From the NCBI GenBank assembly GCA_030765645.1, contig JAVCCE010000074.1, forward strand, positions 41,551 through 105,550: a DNA stretch of 64,000 nt. The letters run 5' to 3'. Shown here in pieces: positions 1-11,150 of the stretch. This stretch comes from Candidatus Hinthialibacter antarcticus (lineage in GTDB: Bacteria > Hinthialibacterota > Hinthialibacteria > Hinthialibacterales > Hinthialibacteraceae). Below the pieces are notes generated by a model. The model ran no database searches, had not been told where the DNA came from, and worked only from the letters and a program-made list of their open reading frames with translations. Each line of letters opens with the position of its first letter. Positions within the stretch are counted from its first letter, which is position 1. A program made the translations under genes and the position numbers.

Positions 1-1484
1 TTCAACCCGGCGAAACCGTGCGCCTGCAATATGCAATGTATTTGACGGAATCCAACGACCCGATTGACGCAATCGACGCCTGGACGGCGCTCTATCAACG
101 CAGCGAGTTGCCGCAGCCCATGCAGCCGCCGCGTTCATACGAAGACGCCATCCGCGTCAGCCGCGAAGCCTACATGACCACCTGTTGGGACGAAACAAAA
201 ACCGGCTGGGGTCACTGCGCGGGCTGGGCGGCAAGCCCGTCTGGCGGCATGTTGGCGCTGCTTGATTTCGACCGCTTTCTCACTGGAGACAACGACGCAG
301 CGCTGTCGCAACGCATTGAGACAGTACGCAATCACATTCTAGAAACCCAGGGCGAAGCGGGGCTGGCGAGTCCTGCGGGCTGCCACGTCATGTTCGAGGA
401 GGCGGCGTTTTATTGGGGCGTGGTTGAGCAATCGCTGCCGGGTTGGAAACGCGCGGCGCAACGTCTCGCCAACGCGCAGGACCTCGACGGCAGTTGGGGC
501 TTTGGTCCCAACAAACCCGAACAAAAAGACCTGGGCGAAGCCGGCGAAGTGGTTTCGGGCACCATCGCGCCCAACGCCATGCGCCTGTTGCGCTACGCCC
601 GAATCAGCGGCGACGTAAACGCGGCGTGGACAGGCTTCAAAGCGCTCAAAGCCCTGAACGCCCTCCGCGTTCCTCGCGGGTCGCAAGGGTGGGAATGTCC
701 TCTCGCCGCCGCCGACGTTATGGTGTGCGGGTACGCCGCCCGCGCCAACCTCGACGCCTACCGCATCACCAACCAACGCGCTTATCTCGATGAAGCAGTC
801 TACTGGGCGCGCGCCGGGCTGGCGTTTCATTACCTGTGGGAACTCGACGACCGCCCCTTGCAGCGTTATGCCACCATCCCCATTTTTGGAACCACCTTCT
901 TCACGCATAGCTGGCGCGGCGTTCCGGTGCAATGGTGCGGGCTGGTCTATTCGTATGCGCTGCAAGAACTGGCGCCGTTTGACGACCGCTACGACTGGCG
1001 CATGATCGCCGAAGGCATCATCAACAGTGCGCTTTGGCAGCAACTCACCGACGGCCCCTACGCAGGGACGCTGCCCGACAGTTACGGCGACTATTGCCTC
1101 ACCGCGCGCGGGGCGTACATCAATCCCGAAAACATCATGACCAACCTACACGCGCTGCACGGCAACAGTTTGGATATCGAAACGGCATTCTTTGAAAAAG
1201 CCGCGCCCGACGCGCAACGCGTCAGCGCCAACGCCGCAATCAGCGACCCGAAGCGCGATGGCGGCAAGTTATCGTTTTCGCTTTCATCAACCCCAGGGCG
1301 CACGACGAGCATTCTCATAGCGCCATTGCCACAAAAGCCGGAGTCGATTTATCTCAATGGCGAAGCGCTGCAAATGAAATCGGATTCAGATCAAAGCGGT
1401 TGGTGGTTATACCAGGAAGACGGCAAGCATCTCATCATCACCATCAAACAACAAATGCAGACAGATGTGATTGTGGTTGAGTAA
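1..1484 (+). CDS. Hypothetical protein, 5'-partial. The reading frame is open to the window edge, in frame from position 3.
   Basis: Long ORF with no stop upstream of the listed GTG at 18. Single 'DGSWG' and 'WGFGPN' motifs hint at a repeat/toroid-type fold, but no firm family assignment. Followed by a hairpin terminator. Confidence 0.45.
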   Translation, partial: QPGETVRLQYAMYLTESNDPIDAIDAWTALYQRSELPQPMQPPRSYEDAIRVSREAYMTTCWDETKTGWGHCAGWAASPSGGMLALLDFDRFLTGDNDAALSQRIETVRNHILETQGEAGLASPAGCHVMFEEAAFYWGVVEQSLPGWKRAAQRLANAQDLDGSWGFGPNKPEQKDLGEAGEVVSGTIAPNAMRLLRYARISGDVNAAWTGFKALKALNALRVPRGSQGWECPLAAADVMVCGYAARANLDAYRITNQRAYLDEAVYWARAGLAFHYLWELDDRPLQRYATIPIFGTTFFTHSWRGVPVQWCGLVYSYALQELAPFDDRYDWRMIAEGIINSALWQQLTDGPYAGTLPDSYGDYCLTARGAYINPENIMTNLHALHGNSLDIETAFFEKAAPDAQRVSANAAISDPKRDGGKLSFSLSSTPGRTTSILIAPLPQKPESIYLNGEALQMKSDSDQSGWWLYQEDGKHLIITIKQQMQTDVIVVE

Positions 1485-1488
1485 CAAA

Positions 1489-1535
1489 AAAAATCGCGGC
1501 GAGCGCTCAAATCAGCTCGCCGCGATTGATTGTCT
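1489..1535. terminator. Bidirectional rho-independent terminator between the convergent gene 1 (+) and lptD (-).
   Basis: A-run 1484-1491, then a 13-bp stem AATCGCGGCGAGC (1492-1504) and GCTCGCCGCGATT (1515-1527) with a 10-nt loop, then T-rich 'gattgtctttctg'. Confidence 0.65.
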
Positions 1536-1543
1536 TTCTGCGC

Positions 1544-3889
1544 TTAATACGAAATGAAACTGGGAGCGCCCGGCTCAATGCTTTGCGGGCGGCCCTTTGG
1601 CCCCATCAGCTGAATGCCGATCTGGATGCCGAAGTCATCGCCAAGCGTCGGATGGTTCTCATGCTCCAACTCAATCGTACCGAAGAAGTCATACATATTG
1701 CGCATCAGCCCGATGGTATTGCGGCGGAAGCGCTCTTCATCGAGGTCGAATCGCATTTCATAAAACAGCGCCCATTTGTTGGAGACGTCCCAATTGAGGC
1801 GCACCGAAGCGTCTTGTTGCTCATTCAAATTCAAAAACGGATAGCGGAAGGTGTAGTAGCCAATCGACAACCGTGCACGATCCATGATGTTGAACTGCGA
1901 GAAATAATATTGCGACCGCATTTCTTCGTCGTCGATGTCATAGCGCAGGTTGCCGCCCAGCGTCCACCAGGCAAACGGCATGATGGCAAAGTCATGCAGC
2001 AGGTCAGAAAACCGCTGGTCGTTTTCTTCGGCGATGTCTTCATAGAATAAAAAATTGTCGAAGCGCAGGTTCTCATCGGGGAACACTTCATACGCAAACC
2101 CCACCGATGCGCGTAAGAAATCAGACGTCGCGCCATTGGCGTCTTTGCCCTGGACGCGGGCGCGCAACATCGTTCTCACGCTGTGCATCTCGGCGCGAAA
2201 ATCATCAAGCGGGTCTACATACGGAAAACGCCCGCCCGCCGGGGTGGTTAGTTCTTCCAGGTCGGTATCCGGCAGGTAGTAGCCATATTCAATCGCGGGT
2301 TCAAACAAGACGCGCATTTTTTGATAGCGGTCTAAGAACGGGTCAAATTCCATCGTGCGCCGCGTCGAGAGGTTCATGCCGGTCTGCGCCATCAAGCGCG
2401 ACTCGGAGCCAAAATCAAACCGCTGCAGCGACCCGGTCAGCGGATCGTTTGACAACCGGTGCGCGTCCTCATACATCGTTGCGCGGTAGCCGATCCACGG
2501 CTCCAGCGTGAAGCGTTCGGGCAGGTAGAAGGGATACGTTACTTTGCCGTCGGCGTCATAGCGGGTGAATTTATCGACGAACTCGGTCTGTTGATAGAGC
2601 GTGTATTTATCCAGCGGGAAGGTGATTCCCTGTTCGCGGTTGTAGCGGCCATAGTCAAGCGACATGCTGCCGTACAGCCCGGTGTTGAACAAGTTGGTTG
2701 GATATTGTTCAGCGTGGACTTGGGGCTTGCGTTCAATATACGGCAGCCCGTTTGAATAAAACTCATCCAATCGCAGGGCGCCGGTGATGCGCACGCTCTG
2801 GTCGTCGAAGCGCTTGGTCAGGTTGATGTTTGAGGTCAGGTCGCGTTCCGACTCGCGAACGTCCATCTGGCGCACCCGCTCAGGCGAGCGGTAATCGTCG
2901 CGATATTCAGAGTCGGAAAACTTGTGCCCCTTCACGGTAAGGCGCATGTCGTACGGCAGTTCCTGGGCGTATTCCACCGCCATGTGATAGCGGTCGTCGC
3001 CGTCAAAAATGCGGTCGTTGTCAGGAGCTTCTTGTTTGATGTGGTAGCCGTAGACCTGGCCTTCGGGGCCGTATTCACCGTCAATATCCCATTGGAATTT
3101 CGCGCCCTTACCAATGCCCGCCTCGGTGTGGTAGTCGCCGTAGAGGTCGATCATATATTCGTCGCTGGGGACAATGTTGACTTTGTTGAACGCCACAAAG
3201 CCCAAGCGCGAATAGTGCGCCGCCCAGATGTAATAAGCCACCTTGTTTTCACGCAGCGATTGCGAATAAAACGGCAGGTAGGCCATCGGCATAAACTGGG
3301 TGTAAAACACCATGTCATACAGCCAGTAGCGGGTATTGGGTACGACCACCAGACGGTCAAACTTAAAGTAGTAATAAGGATGGGGCAGATCGTTTCCGGT
3401 CACGCTGCCGTTGAACAGGGTATATTCGCGGATGGTCTCTTTGCCGTCGACGGTTTCGAGCGACCCCGCCTGACGCGGTTTGTATTCAAGCCGCTCGCCT
3501 TTGAAATAAAAACCTTCGTTCAGTTCGGCGTCGAGCACCGTCCACAAGGTGCCAGTATCGTTTCTCAGATCGGCCCACATGCGGTCGCCGCGTAGAATGC
3601 GTCCGTTTTCCCACAATTTCACATCGCCGGTGGCGCTGAGAATTTCGTCAGTGGACTGATATTCGATCACATCGGCGGTGATGGCGGTCTTGCCTTTGGA
3701 GAGCGTCGCTTGTTTGCCTGCGCTGCCCGTAATGATGAGCGAATCGCTGTTGACGACGTACTCGACCTCGCCCTTGATGATTTCAACTGGCGCGTCGGCG
3801 GCGGTCGAGAGAAAATCCTGTGCGGCGGCTGGCAGCGACAACGCAGCCAGACATATAAATAACGTAGAGAACCGAATAGACAAAATCAC
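1544..3889 (-). CDS. lptD: LPS-assembly outer-membrane protein LptD (OstA family).
   Basis: 781 aa. Signal peptide 'LAALSLPAAAQD'. The N-terminal OstA-like region reads 'ITADVIEYQSTDEILSATGDVKLWENGRILRGDRMWADL'. The C-terminus is large, aromatic-rich and beta-barrel-like. Confidence 0.7.
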   Translation of the reverse strand: MILSIRFSTLFICLAALSLPAAAQDFLSTAADAPVEIIKGEVEYVVNSDSLIITGSAGKQATLSKGKTAITADVIEYQSTDEILSATGDVKLWENGRILRGDRMWADLRNDTGTLWTVLDAELNEGFYFKGERLEYKPRQAGSLETVDGKETIREYTLFNGSVTGNDLPHPYYYFKFDRLVVVPNTRYWLYDMVFYTQFMPMAYLPFYSQSLRENKVAYYIWAAHYSRLGFVAFNKVNIVPSDEYMIDLYGDYHTEAGIGKGAKFQWDIDGEYGPEGQVYGYHIKQEAPDNDRIFDGDDRYHMAVEYAQELPYDMRLTVKGHKFSDSEYRDDYRSPERVRQMDVRESERDLTSNINLTKRFDDQSVRITGALRLDEFYSNGLPYIERKPQVHAEQYPTNLFNTGLYGSMSLDYGRYNREQGITFPLDKYTLYQQTEFVDKFTRYDADGKVTYPFYLPERFTLEPWIGYRATMYEDAHRLSNDPLTGSLQRFDFGSESRLMAQTGMNLSTRRTMEFDPFLDRYQKMRVLFEPAIEYGYYLPDTDLEELTTPAGGRFPYVDPLDDFRAEMHSVRTMLRARVQGKDANGATSDFLRASVGFAYEVFPDENLRFDNFLFYEDIAEENDQRFSDLLHDFAIMPFAWWTLGGNLRYDIDDEEMRSQYYFSQFNIMDRARLSIGYYTFRYPFLNLNEQQDASVRLNWDVSNKWALFYEMRFDLDEERFRRNTIGLMRNMYDFFGTIELEHENHPTLGDDFGIQIGIQLMGPKGRPQSIEPGAPSFISY

Positions 3890-4029
3890 TTTCCCTTCAA
3901 ACCCGTAACTCGCAAACGAAACGGGAGATAGGCTTTTCTACCATGCAAGCGCCATGCGGTCAATCGCCGGGCGAATTTTGATTTGATTTTTGGGGGCGTC
4001 TTCACTGGCGCCTGCGTCCACACAAGCGT

Positions 4030-4060
4030 AAAAAAAGCGCCCCTGTAGGCAGGGGCGCTC
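4030..4060 (-). terminator. Rho-independent terminator downstream of the 4098-5324 oxidoreductase gene.
   Basis: On the minus strand, stem GCGCCCCTG/CAGGGGCGC (4038-4059) is followed by a U-run (A-run 4031-4037 on the plus strand). Confidence 0.7.
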
Positions 4061-4097
4061 GCTGGTAATCACACTCAATACAGAATCGAATGGGCTG

Positions 4098-5324
4098 CTA
4101 ATACGTTCCGCTCAAATCGCTGCGCATGTAGGCGCGTTCTTTCTTGTGCCAGGCGACGTTCGCCATGTGCGGCCCGCAAACAGCCGAGTGGCCCACCTCA
4201 ACCGGCGCGTTCGGGTTTTTGCGCGACTTGATGCAATCCAGAAAATTCTGCGTATGCGGCGCGGTGGGGATACTGCCTTCGATTTTCATCGCGGGCTTGG
4301 TGTCGTATGTCATTTGGTAGGGGTTGTCCATGTTCCAAGGTTCTTCATAAACCTCGGCGCCCGAGTCGTTGATATTGATGGTGCCGTCCGTGCCTTGGAA
4401 CTGAATCGTCCAACCGCTTTGGTATTTGTTTGTGTAATTGAGAGTCCAAGACGCCTGGAACGAACCATAGTCATAAATGGCGGTAAAGATGTCGGGGGTC
4501 TCGGCGCCAGTCATGCGATACACGTCGCCGAAACATTCCGCTGACTTGGGCGGATCGCTGTCCATAAACCATTGCACGACGTCCATCAGGTGGGTGCCCT
4601 GGTCGGTGACGTTGCCGCCGGAAAACGGCCAGAAGTAGCGCCACTCGCGGTATTTCATCGGTTCAAACGGCACGTTCTTTTTTGGGTAGCAGAACGCGTC
4701 CCAATCGAGATCATGCGGCAGAGGCGAGTTATCAAGCGGATGCGAAAGCACCCAGTTCCACCAGGCTTTGACCATATATATCTTGCCGATTTTTCCGTCT
4801 GAAATCAGTTTTTTGGCTTTCATCACCGTTTCTGAACTACGGCGTTGCATGCCGATCTGAACAACTTGGTTGGTGGCGCGCACCGCCTGCACGGTGCGGT
4901 AGCCCTCTTCGATAGTGTTAGACATGGGCTTTTCGCAATAGGCGTCTTTGCCCGCTTGCACGGCGTTGATGAGTTGGGTGCAGTGTTGGTGTTCGGGCGT
5001 GGCGATCAAGACGGCGTCGATGTCTTTTCGCTCTAATAGTTTTCTGTAGTCGCGGTAATTTTTGACGCCGTCGTCAAGCATATTCATGGTTTCAGCGGCT
5101 TCGGCGTCATAGATTTCGCTCATGGCGATAAACTTGGCGTCCTGGCGCAGAAAATCGCGCATCACGCTGCGTCCGCGTCCGCCCGCGCCGATGATACCCA
5201 TACTGATTGAGTCATTGGCGCCGATGACGCTGCTGGCGGCGACCATTGGCGCGCACATCGCGGTAATGCTGGCGGCTGAGCCTTCTAAAAACGAACGGCG
5301 GTTTACTTCCGGCTTTTTGTTCAT
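4098..5324 (-). CDS. Gfo/Idh/MocA family NAD(P)-dependent oxidoreductase with twin-arginine (Tat) signal.
   Basis: 'MNKKPEVNRRSFLEGSAA' Tat motif. Rossmann segment 'ISMGIIGAGGRGRSVMRDF' and the family motif 'EKP'. Start moved to the internal Met at 5324 because the ORF-track ATG at 5375 has no RBS and precedes the Tat signal by 17 residues. Confidence 0.8.
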   Translation of the reverse strand: MNKKPEVNRRSFLEGSAASITAMCAPMVAASSVIGANDSISMGIIGAGGRGRSVMRDFLRQDAKFIAMSEIYDAEAAETMNMLDDGVKNYRDYRKLLERKDIDAVLIATPEHQHCTQLINAVQAGKDAYCEKPMSNTIEEGYRTVQAVRATNQVVQIGMQRRSSETVMKAKKLISDGKIGKIYMVKAWWNWVLSHPLDNSPLPHDLDWDAFCYPKKNVPFEPMKYREWRYFWPFSGGNVTDQGTHLMDVVQWFMDSDPPKSAECFGDVYRMTGAETPDIFTAIYDYGSFQASWTLNYTNKYQSGWTIQFQGTDGTININDSGAEVYEEPWNMDNPYQMTYDTKPAMKIEGSIPTAPHTQNFLDCIKSRKNPNAPVEVGHSAVCGPHMANVAWHKKERAYMRSDLSGTY

Positions 5325-5487
5325 CCTAATATTCCTTTCAAATGAATACCCCCGCCGCAAGCAGCGGGGTATCAAATCAAGTATTTATAGTGCTTGTCAG
5401 AATACTATGCGGATTGATCTTTCATAACTGTATCCATCGCTGAGCCCTACGGGCGCGCTTCAGGTACATACTATTTGACAAACGCTT

Positions 5488-5676
5488 TTGAAGCCATCTC
5501 AAAAATACTTGACCTTCGCTGCGTTTGGCATGTGTACAACTTTGCTCGCTTCAGTGCGGGCTTTCAGGCCCTTTTGCACAGGCGCTCCCAGAGTTGCACC
5601 CATGCCTGAGACGACTTGTCAATTTTTGATCGGTCGGAATCCCATTTCGTTATCAGTATTTTTGAGATGGCTTCAA
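5488..5676. mobile_element. MITE-like nonautonomous element bounded by perfect 22-bp terminal inverted repeats (TTGAAGCCATCTCAAAAATACT).
   Basis: 5488-5509 is the exact reverse complement of 5655-5676. The interior carries the 80-nt repeat unit also found at 35344-35423 and 60944-61023. No clean target-site duplication was seen. Confidence 0.45.
5527..5606. repeat. 80-nt structured repeat unit, copy 1 of 3, with imperfect terminal inverted repeats GGCATGTGTACAAC / GTTGCACCCATGCC.
   Basis: Its reverse complement aligns at about 85% identity with 60944-61023, and at lower identity with 35344-35423. The ORF-track 'proteins' 5488-5715 and 60877-61209 share a peptide only because they translate this repeat. 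Confidence 0.6.
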
Positions 5677-5800
5677 GTAATCTTTGCGCCCCAAGGGGCG
5701 AGGAATCAAACCTGATAACCATTCAAAGCAACACGCCTAAACAGAATATGCGTTTGAGTATGGCAAAAAATCAGCGAAGGATCAATGAATCAATGAAATT

Positions 5801-6229
5801 TTATGATTGCGACTGCATTTGCTCCAGCAGCCAGGCGGGCATACGCTGCGGGGCGAGTCGTCCGTTCTTGAGCGCGGTGCAGACCATCTTGGTATAGCCG
5901 CGCGCGATCTCTTCCCGTTCGCCGTCTTTGTTTATGCGCGTGATGGTATAGGTAAAATCCAGGAAGGCTTTTCCGCCCGCTTCGACGCGGGTTTCAATGT
6001 CCAGCGCGTCGCCCAGTTTGGCCGACAACAAATAATCGGCCTCGGCGCGGCGGCAGACAAACAGGCAGTTGCGCTCCTCAAGTTCAGGCAGAGTGAATCC
6101 CGCCGCCTCGACATACAGAGCGCGGGCGTATTCAAACAGGCGCAGGTAGTTGGCGTAATAAACCACTCCGCCCGCGTCGGTGTCGGCGTAAATGACTTTG
6201 TATGGAAAGGTACGCGTGGGAAATGACAT
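5801..6229 (-). CDS. Acyl-CoA thioesterase, hotdog fold (YbgC / 4-hydroxybenzoyl-CoA thioesterase family).
   Basis: 142 aa. 'YKVIYADTDAGGVVYYANYLRLFEYAR' is the characteristic 4HBT N-terminal catalytic motif. Confidence 0.75.
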   Translation of the reverse strand: MSFPTRTFPYKVIYADTDAGGVVYYANYLRLFEYARALYVEAAGFTLPELEERNCLFVCRRAEADYLLSAKLGDALDIETRVEAGGKAFLDFTYTITRINKDGEREEIARGYTKMVCTALKNGRLAPQRMPAWLLEQMQSQS

Positions 6230-6335
6230 AGCCTCGCTCTGACTGTTCGAGATATTGCACTGGCGGGTTAAGAACCCACCTTACGGTTATTGCACTGCTG
6301 CATGTTGCGAGTGTCGTTGCGAGCGAAGCGACGCA

Positions 6336-6356
6336 ACCTGCCTGCGGCAGGCAGGT
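6336..6356. repeat. Palindrome ACCTGCCTGCGGCAGGCAGGT, copy 1 of 3 (others at 35264-35288 and 60839-60857).
   Basis: Perfect hairpin. The same CCTGCCTGC-N-GCAGGCAGG core recurs twice elsewhere, each time embedded in repeat clusters. Confidence 0.6.
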
Positions 6357-6429
6357 CTCGTATTCGACAGAACAGATCGCATCGGTCGTTATACTCCATC
6401 GCGATGACGCGAATGATAGAGAGAGCGAC

Positions 6430-6545
6430 AATATTGTCCCTTCTCCCCCTGGGAGAAGGATAGGATGAGGGTTGAAAAATTTGTGAATCAGAAGCCCTCA
6501 CCCCAACCCTCTCCCAAAGGGAGAGGGAGTCTGGCAGCCCCCGCG
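6430..6545. repeat. Composite structured intergenic element: two similar 9-bp-stem hairpins (CCTTCTCCC-cctg-GGAGAAGG and CCCTCTCCC-aaa-GGGAGAGGG), joined by an inverted pair GAGGGTTG/CAACCCTC.
   Basis: Read directly between the lon stop and the thioesterase start. It could serve as the lon terminator or as a REP-type element. Confidence 0.4.
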
Positions 6546-6610
6546 CTCACGATGACGCGATCCTTAATTCACAAGACAATCGCTGCCATCAAAATCAATA
6601 CTGCAACGCG

Positions 6611-9043
<2,433 letters not shown>

Positions 9044-9099
9044 AGTGACTCATAGGTCGATTCTTTATTAGGATCATGGAATAGGAAATAAGCCGGACG

Positions 9100-10077
9100 T
9101 CAAGCCAATGTCGGCCCCGACAATTGCGCTTCATAAAACACGCCCATTTCACGAAAGCGCTGATAGCGGTGTTCCGCAACCGTTTCCGGGTCCATCGCCG
9201 CAAATTCTTCGAGACGCCGGGAGACCGCCTGCTCGACGTTTTCATAAGCCTCTTGGGGGTTCCGGTGGGCGCCGCCCATCGGTTCCGCAATGATTTCGTC
9301 GATCACGCCCAGGCGTTTTAGGTCATCGGCGACAATGCGCATCGTCCCTGATACTTGCGCCGCTTTGGTTCGGTCTTTGAGAATAATCGCCGCGCAGGCT
9401 TCGGGCGTACACACAGCGTAGTACGCGTTTTCCAACATCATCACGCAGTTGCCCACGCCAATCGCCAACGCCCCGCCGCTGCCTCCTTCGCCTAAAACGA
9501 CGCAAAGAACCGGTACGCGCAGCCCCGCCATCATTTCCAGGTTTTCCGCAATCGCCGAGTGTTGGCCGCGTTCTTCGGCGGCGATACCGGGATAGGCGCC
9601 GGGCGAGTCGATAAAGGTCACAATGGGCAAGCGAAAGCGGTCCGCCATTTCCATAATGCGGCGCGCTTTCTTGAAGCCTTCCGGGTGCGACATCCCAAAA
9701 TTGCGGCGAATATTTTCTTCGGTGTCGCGCCCTTTTTGATGACCAACCACCGCAACCGAACGCCCGCCGATAGAACCCAGCCCCGCGACAATCGCTTCAT
9801 CGTCGCGAAAGGCGCGGTCGCCGTGTAGTTCAACAAAATCGGTCACGAACGATTTGATATAATCCATGGTATAAGGGCGGTTCGGGTGGCGGGCTAATTG
9901 AACCCGCTGCCAGGGCGTCAACTGCGAGAAGATTTCATCAATCATCGTCGCCAATTTTTCGCGCAGCGGTTTAATTTCATGAGAGAGGTCCATATCGCGC
10001 GAAGACGCGTAGACTTCCATCTCTTCAATTTTGGTTTCGAGTTCCCGCAAGGGTTGTTCAAATTCTAAATAGCGCAT
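9100..10077 (-). CDS. accA: Acetyl-CoA carboxylase carboxyltransferase alpha subunit.
   Basis: 'MRYLEFEQPLRELETKIEEM' is the canonical AccA start. 'FIDSPGAYPGIAAEERGQ' is the carboxyltransferase motif. Start set at the internal Met, because the ORF-track start at 10131 adds 18 non-conserved residues. Confidence 0.9.
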   Translation of the reverse strand: MRYLEFEQPLRELETKIEEMEVYASSRDMDLSHEIKPLREKLATMIDEIFSQLTPWQRVQLARHPNRPYTMDYIKSFVTDFVELHGDRAFRDDEAIVAGLGSIGGRSVAVVGHQKGRDTEENIRRNFGMSHPEGFKKARRIMEMADRFRLPIVTFIDSPGAYPGIAAEERGQHSAIAENLEMMAGLRVPVLCVVLGEGGSGGALAIGVGNCVMMLENAYYAVCTPEACAAIILKDRTKAAQVSGTMRIVADDLKRLGVIDEIIAEPMGGAHRNPQEAYENVEQAVSRRLEEFAAMDPETVAEHRYQRFREMGVFYEAQLSGPTLA

Positions 10078-10203
10078 AATCCAATCCCAATGTTGTTCGT
10101 TAGAGCGTTTGACAAAACACCGTGCGATCAAATAGATCGTTTCAGTTTATCCTTAATAATAACGAACAACAATGCGGGTGTGGAACTGCGCGATGCCTCC
10201 CCC

Positions 10204-10382
10204 CTCAAAAAGCAATGTCATTGACTTAAGGGGTGGCAAGCCAAGGCGTCGCGAAGTGAGGGCAGACCTTGATGCAACGAAATCAAAAATATCAGCCCTG
10301 TAGGGGCGCAACGTGTTGCGCCCGAATCCCCCCTTATAAAAGAGGGGCTAAAAGTCTTAAGTCAATGACATTGCCTCAAAAA
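10204..10382. mobile_element. MITE: 163-bp element with perfect 19-bp TIRs (GCAATGTCATTGACTTAAG), flanked by an 8-bp direct target-site duplication CTCAAAAA.
   Basis: TIR-L 10212-10230 and TIR-R 10356-10374. TSD copies lie at 10204-10211 and 10375-10382. The interior holds a REP-like GGGTGGCAAGCCAAGGCGTCGCGAAG (10231-10256) and a GGGCGCAACgtgtTGCGCCC hairpin. It sits in the accA upstream intergenic region. Confidence 0.55.
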
Positions 10383-10449
10383 GGGCGACGCAACCAATAA
10401 GCGATTTTTAAAAATCGACTGTAATTGTGATGAGCGTTTTGAGAAATGT

Positions 10450-10872
10450 TTAAACCGAGCGGCGGCGGTTGCGGGGCGAGTCTTTATTGTTGCGGCCCTC
10501 TAAATAGGTCACCCGGTATTGTTGGCTTTTGGGTTTACGCTTTTCTTTAGGAGGCGGCGGCGGGGTCAGCGTCGTTCCACAATGTTTACAGGTAAACTGG
10601 TTTTCGAGCGGGCGAGAACACTCAGGACAGCGCGAGCGAAACAACACGCAGCGGATACGCCCGTCGCGAATCCACTCTTCAACACGCGAGAAGGGAATCG
10701 TTAGCGACTTTGAAAGCTCTTCGCCAGTCGCTTTCGGATGCAGCAGCAAAAAGTCGAGTGCGCGGTTCAGGTTTTCATATTCAGACTGGACGCAATCCAA
10801 GCAGCGCCCGCTTCCATCTACGGGCAGATATCGTTGGCAGTCCGTGCAATTACCGAATTTCATTTTCTTCAT
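10450..10872 (-). CDS. Zinc-ribbon protein with central wHTH-like segment (YvyF / TIGR03826 'flagellar operon protein'-like architecture).
   Basis: Two CxxC...CxxC pairs (C9/C12/C24/C27 and C83/C86/C96/C99) flank 'HPKATGEELSKSLTIPFSRVEEWIRDGRI'. Pro/Lys-rich tail. Function unknown. Confidence 0.45.
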   Translation of the reverse strand: MKKMKFGNCTDCQRYLPVDGSGRCLDCVQSEYENLNRALDFLLLHPKATGEELSKSLTIPFSRVEEWIRDGRIRCVLFRSRCPECSRPLENQFTCKHCGTTLTPPPPPKEKRKPKSQQYRVTYLEGRNNKDSPRNRRRSV

Positions 10873-11150
10873 CGTCTTTTCCTCTCATTGCCCGGCCCCT
10901 CAAAACTCTTTTCATTACTAATTATAGTAAGCATTCAAGGTAAAATCAACAATCTATTGCACCTACTGATAAAATATTTCACTCTAATCGCTAATTATGC
11001 AATTTATCTTTACACATAAGACGCTGCAAGCGTGACAAAAGCTTCAACCAGAAACAAGGCAAGCATAAACCATGACCCTCATCTCCCTAGAACAAAATTC
11101 TCCTTAACTGTTAAATCAACTCTCTATTTCACAACGACTAGGTTCCCAGA

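Noticed and set aside
1526-3595. Plus-strand ORFs inside lptD (1526-2050, 2107-2511, 2459-2755, 2924-3595).
   Set aside because: They lie antisense within a well-supported 781-aa LptD gene, have no RBS, and are the GC-rich antisense frames expected in high-GC coding DNA.
5488-5715. ORFs 5488-5715 and 60877-61209 with a similar 'GMCT(T/N)LLASVRA..P...GAP.VA.MP' peptide.
   Set aside because: The similarity is inherited from the 80-nt nucleotide repeat, which occurs in opposite orientations. There are no start signals, and the reading frames are not preserved beyond the repeat.
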